Of a DNA stretch of 64,000 nucleotides, positions 9,173-18,851 are shown piece after piece (within the stretch, counting starts at the first letter, position 1; every line of letters starts with the position of its first letter). The notes beneath the pieces were generated by a model. It was not told the DNA's origin. It was given only the letters and a program-made list of their open reading frames with translations, and did not search any database. The DNA is from a virus (taxonomy: Duplodnaviria; Caudoviricetes). The stretch covers positions 1 to 64,000 of the IMG/VR virus record IMGVR_UViG_3300029288_000072. One strand, given 5' to 3'. The translations under genes and the position numbers were made by a program.

Positions 9173-9868
9173 TCAGTCCGCTTCTACCATGAGGCTCGCA
9201 ACCTCGGCAGGCATAACCGTTTCCTTGTCGATGGTAAGACGGTCATAGTTGCCATCCTTGAGTGACAGCATCTTGTATGGCAACATACCATCCTCGCAGT
9301 AGGTCTCTACTTCCCCCTTCGCAATAGTGAGGGGACGGCTGTTGGTCGCCTTGTATTTGCCTTCAACGTGGACCTTGCGAGACACTTCAAGCACCGAAAC
9401 CATGATGCTAGCAACAGTCGGAACCCCGTCAGCATCCAGCACCGGCACCTTGACCTTGCGACCATCTACTACTCCGTCAGTAGTGACAAGGTGGCACTTG
9501 ATCCCCTGACCGCTATGGACGTAGCACCGAGCATGGCCTTGTCGATACCCGTCTGACTCCTTATCCCCTGCGAGAGTCTTGGTCAGACTCTCAACTACGA
9601 GGTTGCGAGCCTCCTCATGGAGCGCATCAGTAGCAACGTACCCCTTCGCACGTTCCAGCATACGCTGGCAACGCTTGCCATAAGAGAATCGACTAATGAA
9701 GTTGATAGTCGAAACCCCAGAAACGATGCACTTGGGATCACTGGTGCCACTGACATAGTTGTGGACAGTGGCAAAACCACCATGCCGACAACTATCCAGC
9801 ACGTTGAGCGCATCCAGTGTGCGCTCATCAATGTTTACAAGCGTTCCGTCGAGTGTGATGCGTGGCAT
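9173..9868 (-). CDS. hypothetical protein, 231 aa
   Basis: Promoter, AAGGAGG SD and terminator 9135-9161. Confidence 0.8.
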   Translation of the reverse strand: MPRITLDGTLVNIDERTLDALNVLDSCRHGGFATVHNYVSGTSDPKCIVSGVSTINFISRFSYGKRCQRMLERAKGYVATDALHEEARNLVVESLTKTLAGDKESDGYRQGHARCYVHSGQGIKCHLVTTDGVVDGRKVKVPVLDADGVPTVASIMVSVLEVSRKVHVEGKYKATNSRPLTIAKGEVETYCEDGMLPYKMLSLKDGNYDRLTIDKETVMPAEVASLMVEAD

Positions 9869-10023
9869 GCTTGCCTCCTTGTACGACTCATTATATCAAC
9901 CAAAATCAGTTTGCAAGTATTCTTCTGTTTACAATCGTCTTCATATTTCTACTATATTAGTTTACACTTGACATCCATCTAAAACATGATAATACAAAAA
10001 CTAATCCATTAGTAAATGAGTAT

Positions 10024-10295
10024 AAAACAAAACCCCGATGGGTGATCATTCCATCGGGGTCGTTGGCAGGCTTTCGCCTTTGGTTTGGTTGCGATCCTGC
10101 ACCAGCGGTGCCCCTACGCTTTGCCATGCGTGGGAGTTTATTGCATATCCTCCGCAGCCCATCTCCCAAAACTTGCGGATTAAGCCTATGACATTTGACG
10201 GGCAGGAGTCAGCCATAGGCAACTAACCCCTATTGCCCTTCATAATCGTCGCTTTAACATTTGCCCATCCTTATAGGTTAGGCGTTCATGTGTAT
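10024..10295 (-). ncRNA. Putative structured small RNA 5
   Basis: Own promoter (10302-10328); stems GCCUAUG/CAUAGGC and CCGCA/UGCGG, AGGC-GAAA-GCCU tetraloop; terminator 10024-10060. Confidence 0.6.
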
Positions 10296-10409
10296 GCCTA
10301 AATTATATCAACAATCTCAACTTGTCAATACCCATGTTTACACTTGACATCCATCATAAACATGATAAACGTAAATGAGTGTAAAACTAAAAGAGTGGTT
10401 TCCCACCCT

Positions 10410-10640
10410 TTAGTTTAATGGCCATTGATAGTCAATATACATTAGACGCAATATATCGAATATCTCACCAAAATCTGTCGAATTATACAACCGATCAAAA
10501 TTGTAAGGAGCAGATACAGGCTGATTCCGAATAAACTTATTGAAAAACCATTGACCAACTCGTAACGTCTTACGAGGATCATCTTCCTCATATTCCGTCA
10601 TTATGTTGCGAAAGGATGGAATTGGATGTTTGTAGCTCAT
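10410..10640 (-). CDS. hypothetical protein (leaderless)
   Basis: MSYKH start 7 nt after TATAAT. Confidence 0.65.
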   Translation of the reverse strand: MSYKHPIPSFRNIMTEYEEDDPRKTLRVGQWFFNKFIRNQPVSAPYNFDRLYNSTDFGEIFDILRLMYIDYQWPLN

Positions 10641-10803
10641 GATAACTATTATATCAACTACATAAACATTACAAGTGTAAACTTTACACTTGACATCCAT
10701 CATAAACATGATAACCATATTTAAATGAGTTTAAAACTAATAAGTTAGTAAATGAGTGTAAAGAAAGGGGATAGTTGTTCCCATCCCCTTTGTCGGTTTC
10801 CTA

Positions 10804-11622
10804 TTAAACCTCTACTTCCTGGACAGCCTCGACCGGAACCGGCTTGCCCGCCTTGAGAATCTTATCGACTGCCACCATAATAGCCTTAGCACTCTTTTCG
10901 GGAATCCGTTGGCCACCATGCAGGCTATTCCAATGCTGGATATAACCACGGGACTCGTCGCCACCCGCCAGACCTAAGACTTCCCCCACAATGTAAGCAA
11001 CCGTTTCCGCTTCAATTTCCCTAAGACTACGCTCCATCGTAGGATGTTCGGGGTTCCAATCGTTTTCCCCCGTATGACCCAGCACAATATGGGCAATCTC
11101 ATGGATCAGAGTCTTGGCAGGATGCATAGCAATCGGGGAAACTGCCACCTTGCGACCCTTGGCGTATCCCTGGCAGTTGCCATTTACCATATCATACGAA
11201 ACCCGCTCAATCCCCATCTTGTCCAAGCAACGATCCCCCTCCCAATCAACCGTATGAGTCTCATGCTTGAAACTATCAACCTCGCCACTCACAACCTCCG
11301 TCTGCGACAATGCAAACCACAGACTGCGGAATGTGAACCCAATCATACGAGGATCATCATTCTTTTCCCCCTTGCGTGCGAACAACGGCATGCACAAGGT
11401 CAGACCTTTGCTACCCTTGCGAACAACGCGACCCATCGTTTGCCAACGCTTGAAAGTAGCAATCGGACCAACTTCTATCCCCCTAATCTTCATCTGATGC
11501 ATAGCCAATAAACTATTCATAAAACTATAGTCGTGAAACATACTATAACATTGGGCAATAATGCCCGGCTTGCTAATAGCCTCGTCCAACAGAGTCTCAA
11601 ACGGGATCGGGGTGTCGTTCAT
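10804..11622 (-). CDS. ArdC-like antirestriction protein (ssDNA-binding N-domain plus zincin-like HExxH domain)
   Basis: YSFMNSLL, ATFKRWQTMGRVVRKGSKG, FALSQT, HEIAH, EIEAETVAY, SRGYIQHW. Confidence 0.8.
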   Translation of the reverse strand: MNDTPIPFETLLDEAISKPGIIAQCYSMFHDYSFMNSLLAMHQMKIRGIEVGPIATFKRWQTMGRVVRKGSKGLTLCMPLFARKGEKNDDPRMIGFTFRSLWFALSQTEVVSGEVDSFKHETHTVDWEGDRCLDKMGIERVSYDMVNGNCQGYAKGRKVAVSPIAMHPAKTLIHEIAHIVLGHTGENDWNPEHPTMERSLREIEAETVAYIVGEVLGLAGGDESRGYIQHWNSLHGGQRIPEKSAKAIMVAVDKILKAGKPVPVEAVQEVEV

Positions 11623-11819
11623 GTCTCGCTCCTATGCTATGGATTATATACCTTTCTTTCCACAGTCAATAGACAATCACCTTATCTCCCTTGTATAAAT
11701 CTCCATAAAATTTCTGTTTACATCCATCATAAACATGATAACTACCTAATTGAGTGTAAAACTAATAAGTTAGTAAATGAGTGTAAAACTAGAGGGGTGG
11801 TTTCCCACCCCTCTAGTCG

Positions 11820-12002
11820 TCAGACCATGACGCGCAACGCTTGCGCCTTGGCCAGCAGACTCCGCAACACGATGCGAGTAGCACCATCGTTGCGAACCTC
11901 CCAGCACAGCCGAATCTTATGATTCAGCCGATCAGTTGCAACGCTACGAGCGTTCTCACAACCAGCATAGGCGTTCAGGGTCGGAATGGCGATGGCAACC
12001 AT
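11820..12002 (-). CDS. hypothetical protein
   Basis: Promoter, AAGGAGG SD and terminator. Confidence 0.65.
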   Translation of the reverse strand: MVAIAIPTLNAYAGCENARSVATDRLNHKIRLCWEVRNDGATRIVLRSLLAKAQALRVMV

Positions 12003-12139
12003 GGGTGCCTCCTTGTACGACTCATTATATTAACCTAAACACCCTGTCAACCATTACCTTTACACTCATCTCCATTATTGACATCCATCATAAACATGAT
12101 AACTACCTAAACGGGTGTAAACGAGTGTAAACTATCCCA

Positions 12140-12325
12140 CTACTCCTGTGGATCCGGTCCTGGCAACTTACTATCACAATACTCAATTATAGACCTAATA
12201 AACTCAGGACCAGCATCTAATACCTTGCGATCATTGAACGCAATAGTATTCTCATACCCTTCACAACATTTCTTGTATTTCTTGCCCGATCCACACGGAC
12301 ACAACTCATTCCTTCCTATCTTCAT
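12140..12325 (-). CDS. SEC-C metal-binding motif protein
   Basis: [20 protein letters not shown]. Confidence 0.85.
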   Translation of the reverse strand: MKIGRNELCPCGSGKKYKKCCEGYENTIAFNDRKVLDAGPEFIRSIIEYCDSKLPGPDPQE

Positions 12326-12326
12326 A

Positions 12327-12416
12327 CTACCACCACCCCATAAAGCAACCAATGCCATAGAGGTTCACTACAATCGCAAACCCCAAGTAAGGCGCGGCAT
12401 ACGCTAACTGACGCAT
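12327..12416 (-). CDS. 29-aa hydrophobic peptide [29 protein letters not shown]
   Basis: Promoter 12434-12460 and AGGAG SD; below the ORF-track cutoff. Confidence 0.6.
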   Translation of the reverse strand: MRQLAYAAPYLGFAIVVNLYGIGCFMGWW

Positions 12417-12524
12417 TCGTTTCTCCTGCAACCATTATACCACTCCATAACCATTGTCAATAACTAATATTACACTTTACATCCATGAGTAACATGATAT
12501 AGACCTACAACTACTAATTACAAA

Positions 12525-13010
12525 CATAAATTACCGTAATTACTACCTATCCGTAATTTCCTATGAGTGTAAATTACCGTAATTTCCATAATTACCGCTA
12601 TACCCCCCCATAGTAGTAACCACCCCCTCCCTATTATACCCCCACTTACTACCCCCCTCAAATGTCCAAAACACAGTATTAGGAGGGGGGTACTAAGGGG
12701 GCAATTCCACCGTAACTCAAATTTTTATACATTTAAACTTATTTAGGATTTTAAACTCATTTAGGGTCATTTACAATAATTTAAACTTATTTAAACTCAT
12801 TTACAATAGTTTAACCCCATTTTAAATTAGTTTAATTACTTTATAGTCCGTAATAGGGACAAAATACGATTTTAAATTGGTTTAAAATATGGGAAAAATT
12901 TTTTGGGGTGGGGATTTACAATGGTAGGGTTTATTATAGTCCGATAGTTAGGGAAATTTAGGTATCGTTGGATATTGATTTTTGGGAAAAATTTTTATGG
13001 GGTGGGTTTT
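12525..13010. other. Non-coding junction: candidate replication origin or genome terminus
   Basis: AATTACCGTAAT repeats, ACCCCCCTC/GAGGGGGGT inverted repeat, tandem TTTAAACT(C/T)ATTTA, local C-rich to G-rich switch. Confidence 0.5.
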
Positions 13011-13173
13011 TATTTCCAGGGGTTTTATGGTTTTTTATATAGTTGTTACATAGTTTATTATTAGATATAGTAATATAGAGGAATAGGAGGTTAATACAGT
13101 ATAGGAATAGGATTAACAATATAAAGGAAGCGAGCATGAGGTTTACAATCATTTATATTATTTTTTTCTTTCT

Positions 13174-13518
13174 TTAGAATATTTGTCTAATATCAATGAA
13201 GCTAATATCCAGGACTTTTGGATTCCATCCTGTTTTACCATTTTTTTGACTAGATACGACTGCATTAGGGTGTTTAAGTAGGACGGCGTATCTACCGAGT
13301 GGTTTATCTGGATATGTTGTATCTGGGTCGATTCTTTGGTAATTTATAGTAGTGATGATATCATTAAGTAGTGTTTTTAATAGTGAGGCGTTTTCTATCC
13401 AAGGGGTAGCGATGATATCTAGGTCTCTTTTAGTTGATCCGTGTATAGCGATAGTCCAACCGTGTGAGTTAGCGACAGATTTGATAGTATCTAGTAATAT
13501 TTTATCTTTTTTATTCAT
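13174..13518 (-). CDS. putative minimal nucleotidyltransferase-like protein
   Basis: HGSTKRDLDII (GS...DxD) motif. Confidence 0.5.
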   Translation of the reverse strand: MNKKDKILLDTIKSVANSHGWTIAIHGSTKRDLDIIATPWIENASLLKTLLNDIITTINYQRIDPDTTYPDKPLGRYAVLLKHPNAVVSSQKNGKTGWNPKVLDISFIDIRQIF

Positions 13519-13535
13519 GTTAAATTTTTCGTATT

Positions 13536-14117
13536 TTAAATTTCTATTATTGAGTAATAATATTCTGTATTTATGAAATTTGGAGAAACGGTGAATTTAT
13601 TATCTATTTGTCCGATAACAATTCCGGTATCGTATATTTTTGATCCATGATATCCTACGAGTAGTTTATTTTTCAAATCTTTATAGAGGCAAGTTATATT
13701 AAATATTTTAGATACGCCAGAGAACGGGAGATTTTCCAGGAAGTTTGTTCCGGTTAATTGGCATTTTGTTTCTATAATTTGCAGTTCATTTTCGTTTAAT
13801 AGGTTTTTTATTAATTGTTCATTTCCGATTAAGAAGTTTCCGCAACTTCTACTTGTATCTTTTGCTATATTAAAAGATGTTTTTAATAAAGTACTTATTA
13901 ATTTATTATTTAGTTTAAATGTATTTTTTGCTATTTTAAGGGCATACTCAATATATGCATTAATAGCATCGTTATAGTTATTATAGGTATTACAATTAGT
14001 TATGTTCATTTTTTCTGTAGTTAGGCCGTGAGATTTTTTATATCGAATAGTAAATATTACGTTATCATGTAATTGTATTGGGAAAAATGTTTCGACATCG
14101 AATATATCGGTTTCCAT
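13536..14117 (-). CDS. degenerate T4 gp23-like capsid-fragment protein
   Basis: IAKDTSRSCGNFLIG and LLVGYHGSKIYDTG resemble gp23 IARxTxRGxGNFII and VGYKGxxxxDAG. Confidence 0.5.
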   Translation of the reverse strand: METDIFDVETFFPIQLHDNVIFTIRYKKSHGLTTEKMNITNCNTYNNYNDAINAYIEYALKIAKNTFKLNNKLISTLLKTSFNIAKDTSRSCGNFLIGNEQLIKNLLNENELQIIETKCQLTGTNFLENLPFSGVSKIFNITCLYKDLKNKLLVGYHGSKIYDTGIVIGQIDNKFTVSPNFINTEYYYSIIEI

Positions 14118-17100
14118 ATTATTTCCTTTTTTTAATTGTTTAAATTTTTTCCATATTTTTTAAATAGTGATTGTTTAACTTTATTAGGGATATTATTCCA
14201 GATTTTATTATTAGTAATAGAGGAGTTTAGGAGTTGTTTAGTGATATCTAGTTGTTCTTGTAGGTATTGGAGTTTTGATTTATATTCATTTATTATAGTT
14301 TCGGAGTCGATTAATTTTTCATAATCTGGGTTTCCGAGTTTAAGGAGTCTATTTATTTCTTCCTCTTCTTTTTGTTTTTTAATATATTCGATAGTGATAC
14401 GGAGGAATTCTGGGTCGAAGGTAATAGTATAAGTAGAACCGTCGTGGATGGAGATTTTATAATGACCGCATTTACATTTAAGGTATTTAACTATAGCGTT
14501 AGTGGGGTAAGGTTCTTGTAGATATGAGTTATATGATAAAATGGTTGAATATGGTAGGATATCTTTAGAAGTGTAGGAATTGATTATTTTTTTATTTAAT
14601 TTAGGATAGTGGAGTTCTTTAATAGGGATAGAGAATTCGGTATATGAGTGTGAGTGCCAGAGGGGCATTGGATTAGTCCTTCACGTTTATTTTAAGAAGT
14701 CTATGATGTGAGGAGTATTCGTCGTCTTTATTTTCGCAGAATAGTTCAAGGATGCCGTTATTATGATCTAGCGCGTAGATTATTTCGAAGTCATTTACAT
14801 TATGTTCAGATAGTAGAGCATGCCAGCCGCAGGAGGGGCATTGACCTTCTTGGTTCAATTTTTGTTGTAGTATTTCTCTAGCGTGATTTATTTGTTCTGT
14901 AGTAGCCATTATATAGTTCCTTAGTTGGAATTTAATGTAGTTTCAAAAGAAGTTTAATAGTATTTTGTTTATGGGTAAATATTTTTTATAAATTCTATAA
15001 GTTCACTGATTGATAATAGGTGATCTGGGTTATACTTATCTTTTAATTTTTTACTTAAGAATTCTATTTGTTGTGTAGTTAGAGGAATATTTACGTAATT
15101 ATCTAGTTCTGGGTTTGCCATGTTATTTCCTTTTTTGTTTTAATATATTCAAGTTAATTAGTTCATAAATGTTTTCAGTTGTATGTTTTACATCATTGAT
15201 TTTCTGGCCACATAAAGGTATCTGCTTTTCCACGCAGAACAGAGAAGGCAGACACAATACGTCGCCACATACTAATACTATCTTTATATAGAGGGCGAGA
15301 AGGCACCCATTTTTTGTTTATTTGTGTATGAGTGCTGTTTGCATATTCCATTAATTCTTTGAGAGTCCACATGATTTATCTCCTTTTTGTTTAGATGCAT
15401 TTGATCGGTGTTACCATTTGTATAATTTTAAATCTCAATTATACATAGTAAGTTTATTAGTCATTACCTAATTCTTTTATACATATTATACAACATAAGT
15501 ATATATTAGTCAATATTTTTAGTTTATAAATTATCCCATTCTAATTGGATGAGACCTAATTCTGGGTCGTTATCTAGTGGTTGATATGGTTGAATAAGTT
15601 GTTTAAGTTCTTTCCATTTATATATTGGCATAGTTAGTGAGACTTTGACCATATCATCATTTTGGTTTACAAGTGGTGTACTACGGAAGGAATCTATTTT
15701 ATGAATAGAAATATCTTTAAAATCTGGTATTAATCGGGAGAAGAAATCTTTTATGGATTCATTATCACGGTTAAATCCTTTAGATTCTGCCCATTCGACT
15801 ATTTTTTTAAATTCGTTAGAGTCGTTATGGTCATTTTGTCTAGAGGATAGTTGATGTAGGAGTTTATCATTTTCTGATTTTAGGTTAGTTATTAAGGTAT
15901 GAATGGTATTGACTGCTTCACCGAATGAAGTAGATTCATCGTCCGCACCTGTAATTGAGTAGATAATATTTAATGCAGTTAATTCGTCCATTATATTATT
16001 TCTCATTGTATGGATTAGGTTGGAGCATAAATGTTAAAGCAACGATGGAAAGATCAAAGAAGAAAATTGCAGTAACAAAATCTAGCCATAGGTAAAATGG
16101 TATAAGATTGAATATACCAATAATAAAGAATAATATAGTTAGTAAGATACAGGATTTAATTAAATAGTTTGACATATTATTCTGGTTGTCTTAGGTCAAA
16201 TTCTGTAAGGAGATGGTAGTTAGCTTTAATACATATACAATATGGTTTTACATTTATTGAGAATTGTTTATCGAAGATATATGATGGTTGGTTATCAATA
16301 ATAGTTAATTGTATAGGTTTTATTATTTTTCTTTCAGTATTTGAAATGAGGATTGAATAAAGTGGGAAGGGTGGAAGATAATGTTCACAGAACCGTATTT
16401 TAGCATCATGTTGGTTTCGTGGTTTAAATATACAATTATTTGGATTAAAATTTGGTGAGGTAGGGTCTTTATAAAGACTGTCAATGAGTTTAACTGGAGT
16501 AGGGATAGAGATTCCTGTGACATATTCTAATATATAATGTGGTTCTTTATAGCAATTATTTTTAGGAGTGATAGAAGATATTAGGCAAAGATCTTTCCCT
16601 TTAATATGTATAAAGTCACCCGGTTGGAACATTGTAGTAGGCAAATTTCTTGATTCATCTATTTGAATTTGTGATTCTATTTGATTTTTGAATGAATTAT
16701 ATCCAGCGGAGAATGCTTCCCACAGTGGTTCATCTGGTCCATAGTCTTCCATGTGTCTTTTATAAAAGTCGTATTCTTTTGTCTTTCGAAAAGCATCCCA
16801 TGCATCACGGAGTTGATGTGTCATCATTTTATATAACCTTTATTGTTTCAGAATCATCGAATTCGTTTTCGTCATAATGTACAAGTCTTTCTATTTCTTT
16901 AACAATAGTTTCTTTTGTTTTAAAGATTCTAAAGTTTTTTCCAATTTTTGTTTTTTCTAGTTTAATTTGTTTTTTGACTGCGTTTTTAAATTTTTCAGGC
17001 ATTAAATAATCGTAGCGATCTAAGGAGCATAAAAGTAGCAAATATTCACCATATTCGTCATTTATATGTTCTGTGATTTCTTCTAGAGTGAATTCATTAT

Positions 17101-17154
17101 CCATGGTTATTCCTTTCTAAGTGGATTATATTGTATCAATGATTTTTTAATATG

Positions 17155-17853
17155 TCAAGCCCAATACGTATAGATCATAGGTTTTAGTTGGAGTATGGTT
17201 GATTCATCTTTGAATACTTTAAGGTATATACAAAGTTCTTTTATTATTTCTGGGACCATAGGAACGATGTTAGTTTTAGCATCTTCTATGGAATCAAATC
17301 CGAATTCATTGAGATATTCTAAATTACAAGGTTGTTTATGTTTTATCATCCAATTGATAGCTTGGAGGAATTCTACTAATTGGAGTCGTTTTCCATCTAT
17401 TTCTAAATAATTTAGACCTGTTTTTAGGTTAGTCCAAGATTCATATGGGTATATAGGTCGATTTATGGTTGTTACTTTTGGTTTACAATTTTTTGCGTCG
17501 ATATAGTCTATTATATCATCGTATCTAGACCAATCTTTAGAAGTAGTTTGGAATAGTACGACGTTTGGAAGTCCGAATTCTGGATCAAAGTGTACGAGTT
17601 CATAGATATTTTTATCTTTATTCTTTTTATAATCATATACTTCGAAAGAGAGCATAGATGGTTTTTCATCTTGTTCTATTTTATTTTTTAAATGTTGGAT
17701 GAATTTTTTGAATGTAAATTTATTTTCTTGTTTTTCTGAGTCGAATGCGAAGTAACCATCTTCTAAATTAAAGCGAGGATCAATGATGTTAAATTTTTTA
17801 GATTTAACGTCTTTGAGACCGTACCCTAGTAGTTTGTTAATTCTTGTACTCAT
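17155..17853 (-). CDS. hypothetical protein, 232 aa
   Basis: Long ORF with SD. Confidence 0.75.
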   Translation of the reverse strand: MSTRINKLLGYGLKDVKSKKFNIIDPRFNLEDGYFAFDSEKQENKFTFKKFIQHLKNKIEQDEKPSMLSFEVYDYKKNKDKNIYELVHFDPEFGLPNVVLFQTTSKDWSRYDDIIDYIDAKNCKPKVTTINRPIYPYESWTNLKTGLNYLEIDGKRLQLVEFLQAINWMIKHKQPCNLEYLNEFGFDSIEDAKTNIVPMVPEIIKELCIYLKVFKDESTILQLKPMIYTYWA

Positions 17854-18515
17854 TTAATTCCTTAATATATTATTCCGTTTTTTAGGATGTTTTAACTCAC
17901 AAATAATCACTCCATTATGTTGAGTATTTTCTTTTATTAATAATCCATGTGATGAATCAATTCCTTCTATATTGACAAAAGAATCTAAATATTCGTCTGG
18001 TAATTTTTCTAAATAATCTTTTAAATGTCTAAATGTTCTGAATTTATATGTATTCATTTTATTTTTATAGCCTCTTTTAATAGTTTATTAAAGATATTTT
18101 CTTTAACATAATTGCAATGATTATAAACAAATTCTTTTTGTTCTTTTGGAATGGTATCATCAAAAACCACCATTTCTTTTTTATCTATTATGTATTTGTG
18201 AACAATTTCCATTAATAGATCGTAGTCTTCTTCTGTTAGATTAATGTTAATATTAATCATTTTAATTCCTTATTAGTATTTTTTCTTTAGAACCGTCAGA
18301 ATATACGATTAATTTATAGGTATCAAAATTCATACCGATATAAAAATCATTATTAAGAGTGGTAGACATACTATCGTATTGATTCCAATATTCTTCGTTT
18401 AGTATTATTATTTTAACATCTGCATATGCTTCGTGGAAGCATTCGTAAGTTTCTGGGTCGAAATAATTAGTACCGTAACCTGCTACTGCAATACATTCCG
18501 CGATTATAGATGGTT

Positions 18516-18851
18516 TTATTTTTGACATGTTAGTTTCGTTTCTTCCCAACAAAGATAAAGTGTATTAATATAAGTAATATTATTTTTTCTAGTCATTATT
18601 TTAAATCCTAATTTATTATAATATTTTTCAATTTTTTCAATAATTTCTGGTGAAAGGTATATAAACAAACCATTAATATTATTTCCATCATTATCAATGG
18701 AATTTAAAGATATATAGAATTTCCCAGCAAAACAAGATTGTTTTATTTTTTTATTAATTACTTTAATTAGACGTTTTGTAAGTAAAAATTCTGATTGTGT
18801 ATTATTTTGTTTAGCCAGATTGAATGCGTCTTCTGCTGTTATCTGATTCAT
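18516..18851 (-). CDS. hypothetical protein, paralog of 18848-19168
   Basis: MNQITAEDAFNLAKQN. Confidence 0.7.
   Translation of the reverse strand: MNQITAEDAFNLAKQNNTQSEFLLTKRLIKVINKKIKQSCFAGKFYISLNSIDNDGNNINGLFIYLSPEIIEKIEKYYNKLGFKIMTRKNNITYINTLYLCWEETKLTCQK

Larger units (their letters stand above)
179..12460 (-). promoter_or_regulatory. More than 25 sigma70-like leftward promoters TTG(A/C)(C/A/T)(A/T)-N15(16)-TATAAT, about one per gene
   Basis: Examples: 179-205, 2070-2096, 2668-2694, 3073-3099, 3311-3337, 8491-8517, 10302-10328, 12024-12050, 12434-12460; often followed by an ACAAGGAG/ACAAGGGG SD. Confidence 0.85.
867..12499 (+). repeat. Dispersed 24-bp repeat TT(G/T)ACAT(C/T)CATCnnAAACATGATA, 15 copies, usually with AATGAGT(G/A/T)TAAA boxes and a terminator hairpin
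   Basis: Copies start at 867, 2369, 4099, 4977, 5476, 6616, 8000, 8554, 9055 (degenerate), 9968, 10344, 10690, 11717, 12078, 12476; all intergenic once starts are re-called, all in the same orientation. Confidence 0.95.

Noticed and set aside
9957-10226. ORFs 9957-10169 (-) and 10038-10226 (+) as proteins
   Set aside because: No good SD; the minus ORF runs through the terminator and repeat; the region is better explained as structured RNA
1153-10295. tRNA, tmRNA or known riboswitch identity for the GC-rich non-coding cassettes
   Set aside because: No cloverleaf with T-loop and CCA or recognisable aptamer consensus by eye; needs a covariance-model search
194-12407. Plus-strand ORFs in the first 12.5 kb (e.g. 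4495-4932, 9617-9982, 11044-11511, 11533-11922)
   Set aside because: Antisense shadows of minus-strand genes that have clear promoter and SD signals; several run through the repeats
867-12499. 24-bp repeats as a CRISPR array
   Set aside because: Intervals are 0.3-1.7 kb, irregular and gene-containing; no cas genes nearby
867-12499. Repeats as integron attC sites
   Set aside because: No RYYYAAC/GTTRRRY ends or long imperfect palindrome; cassettes carry their own promoters; no integrase in the window
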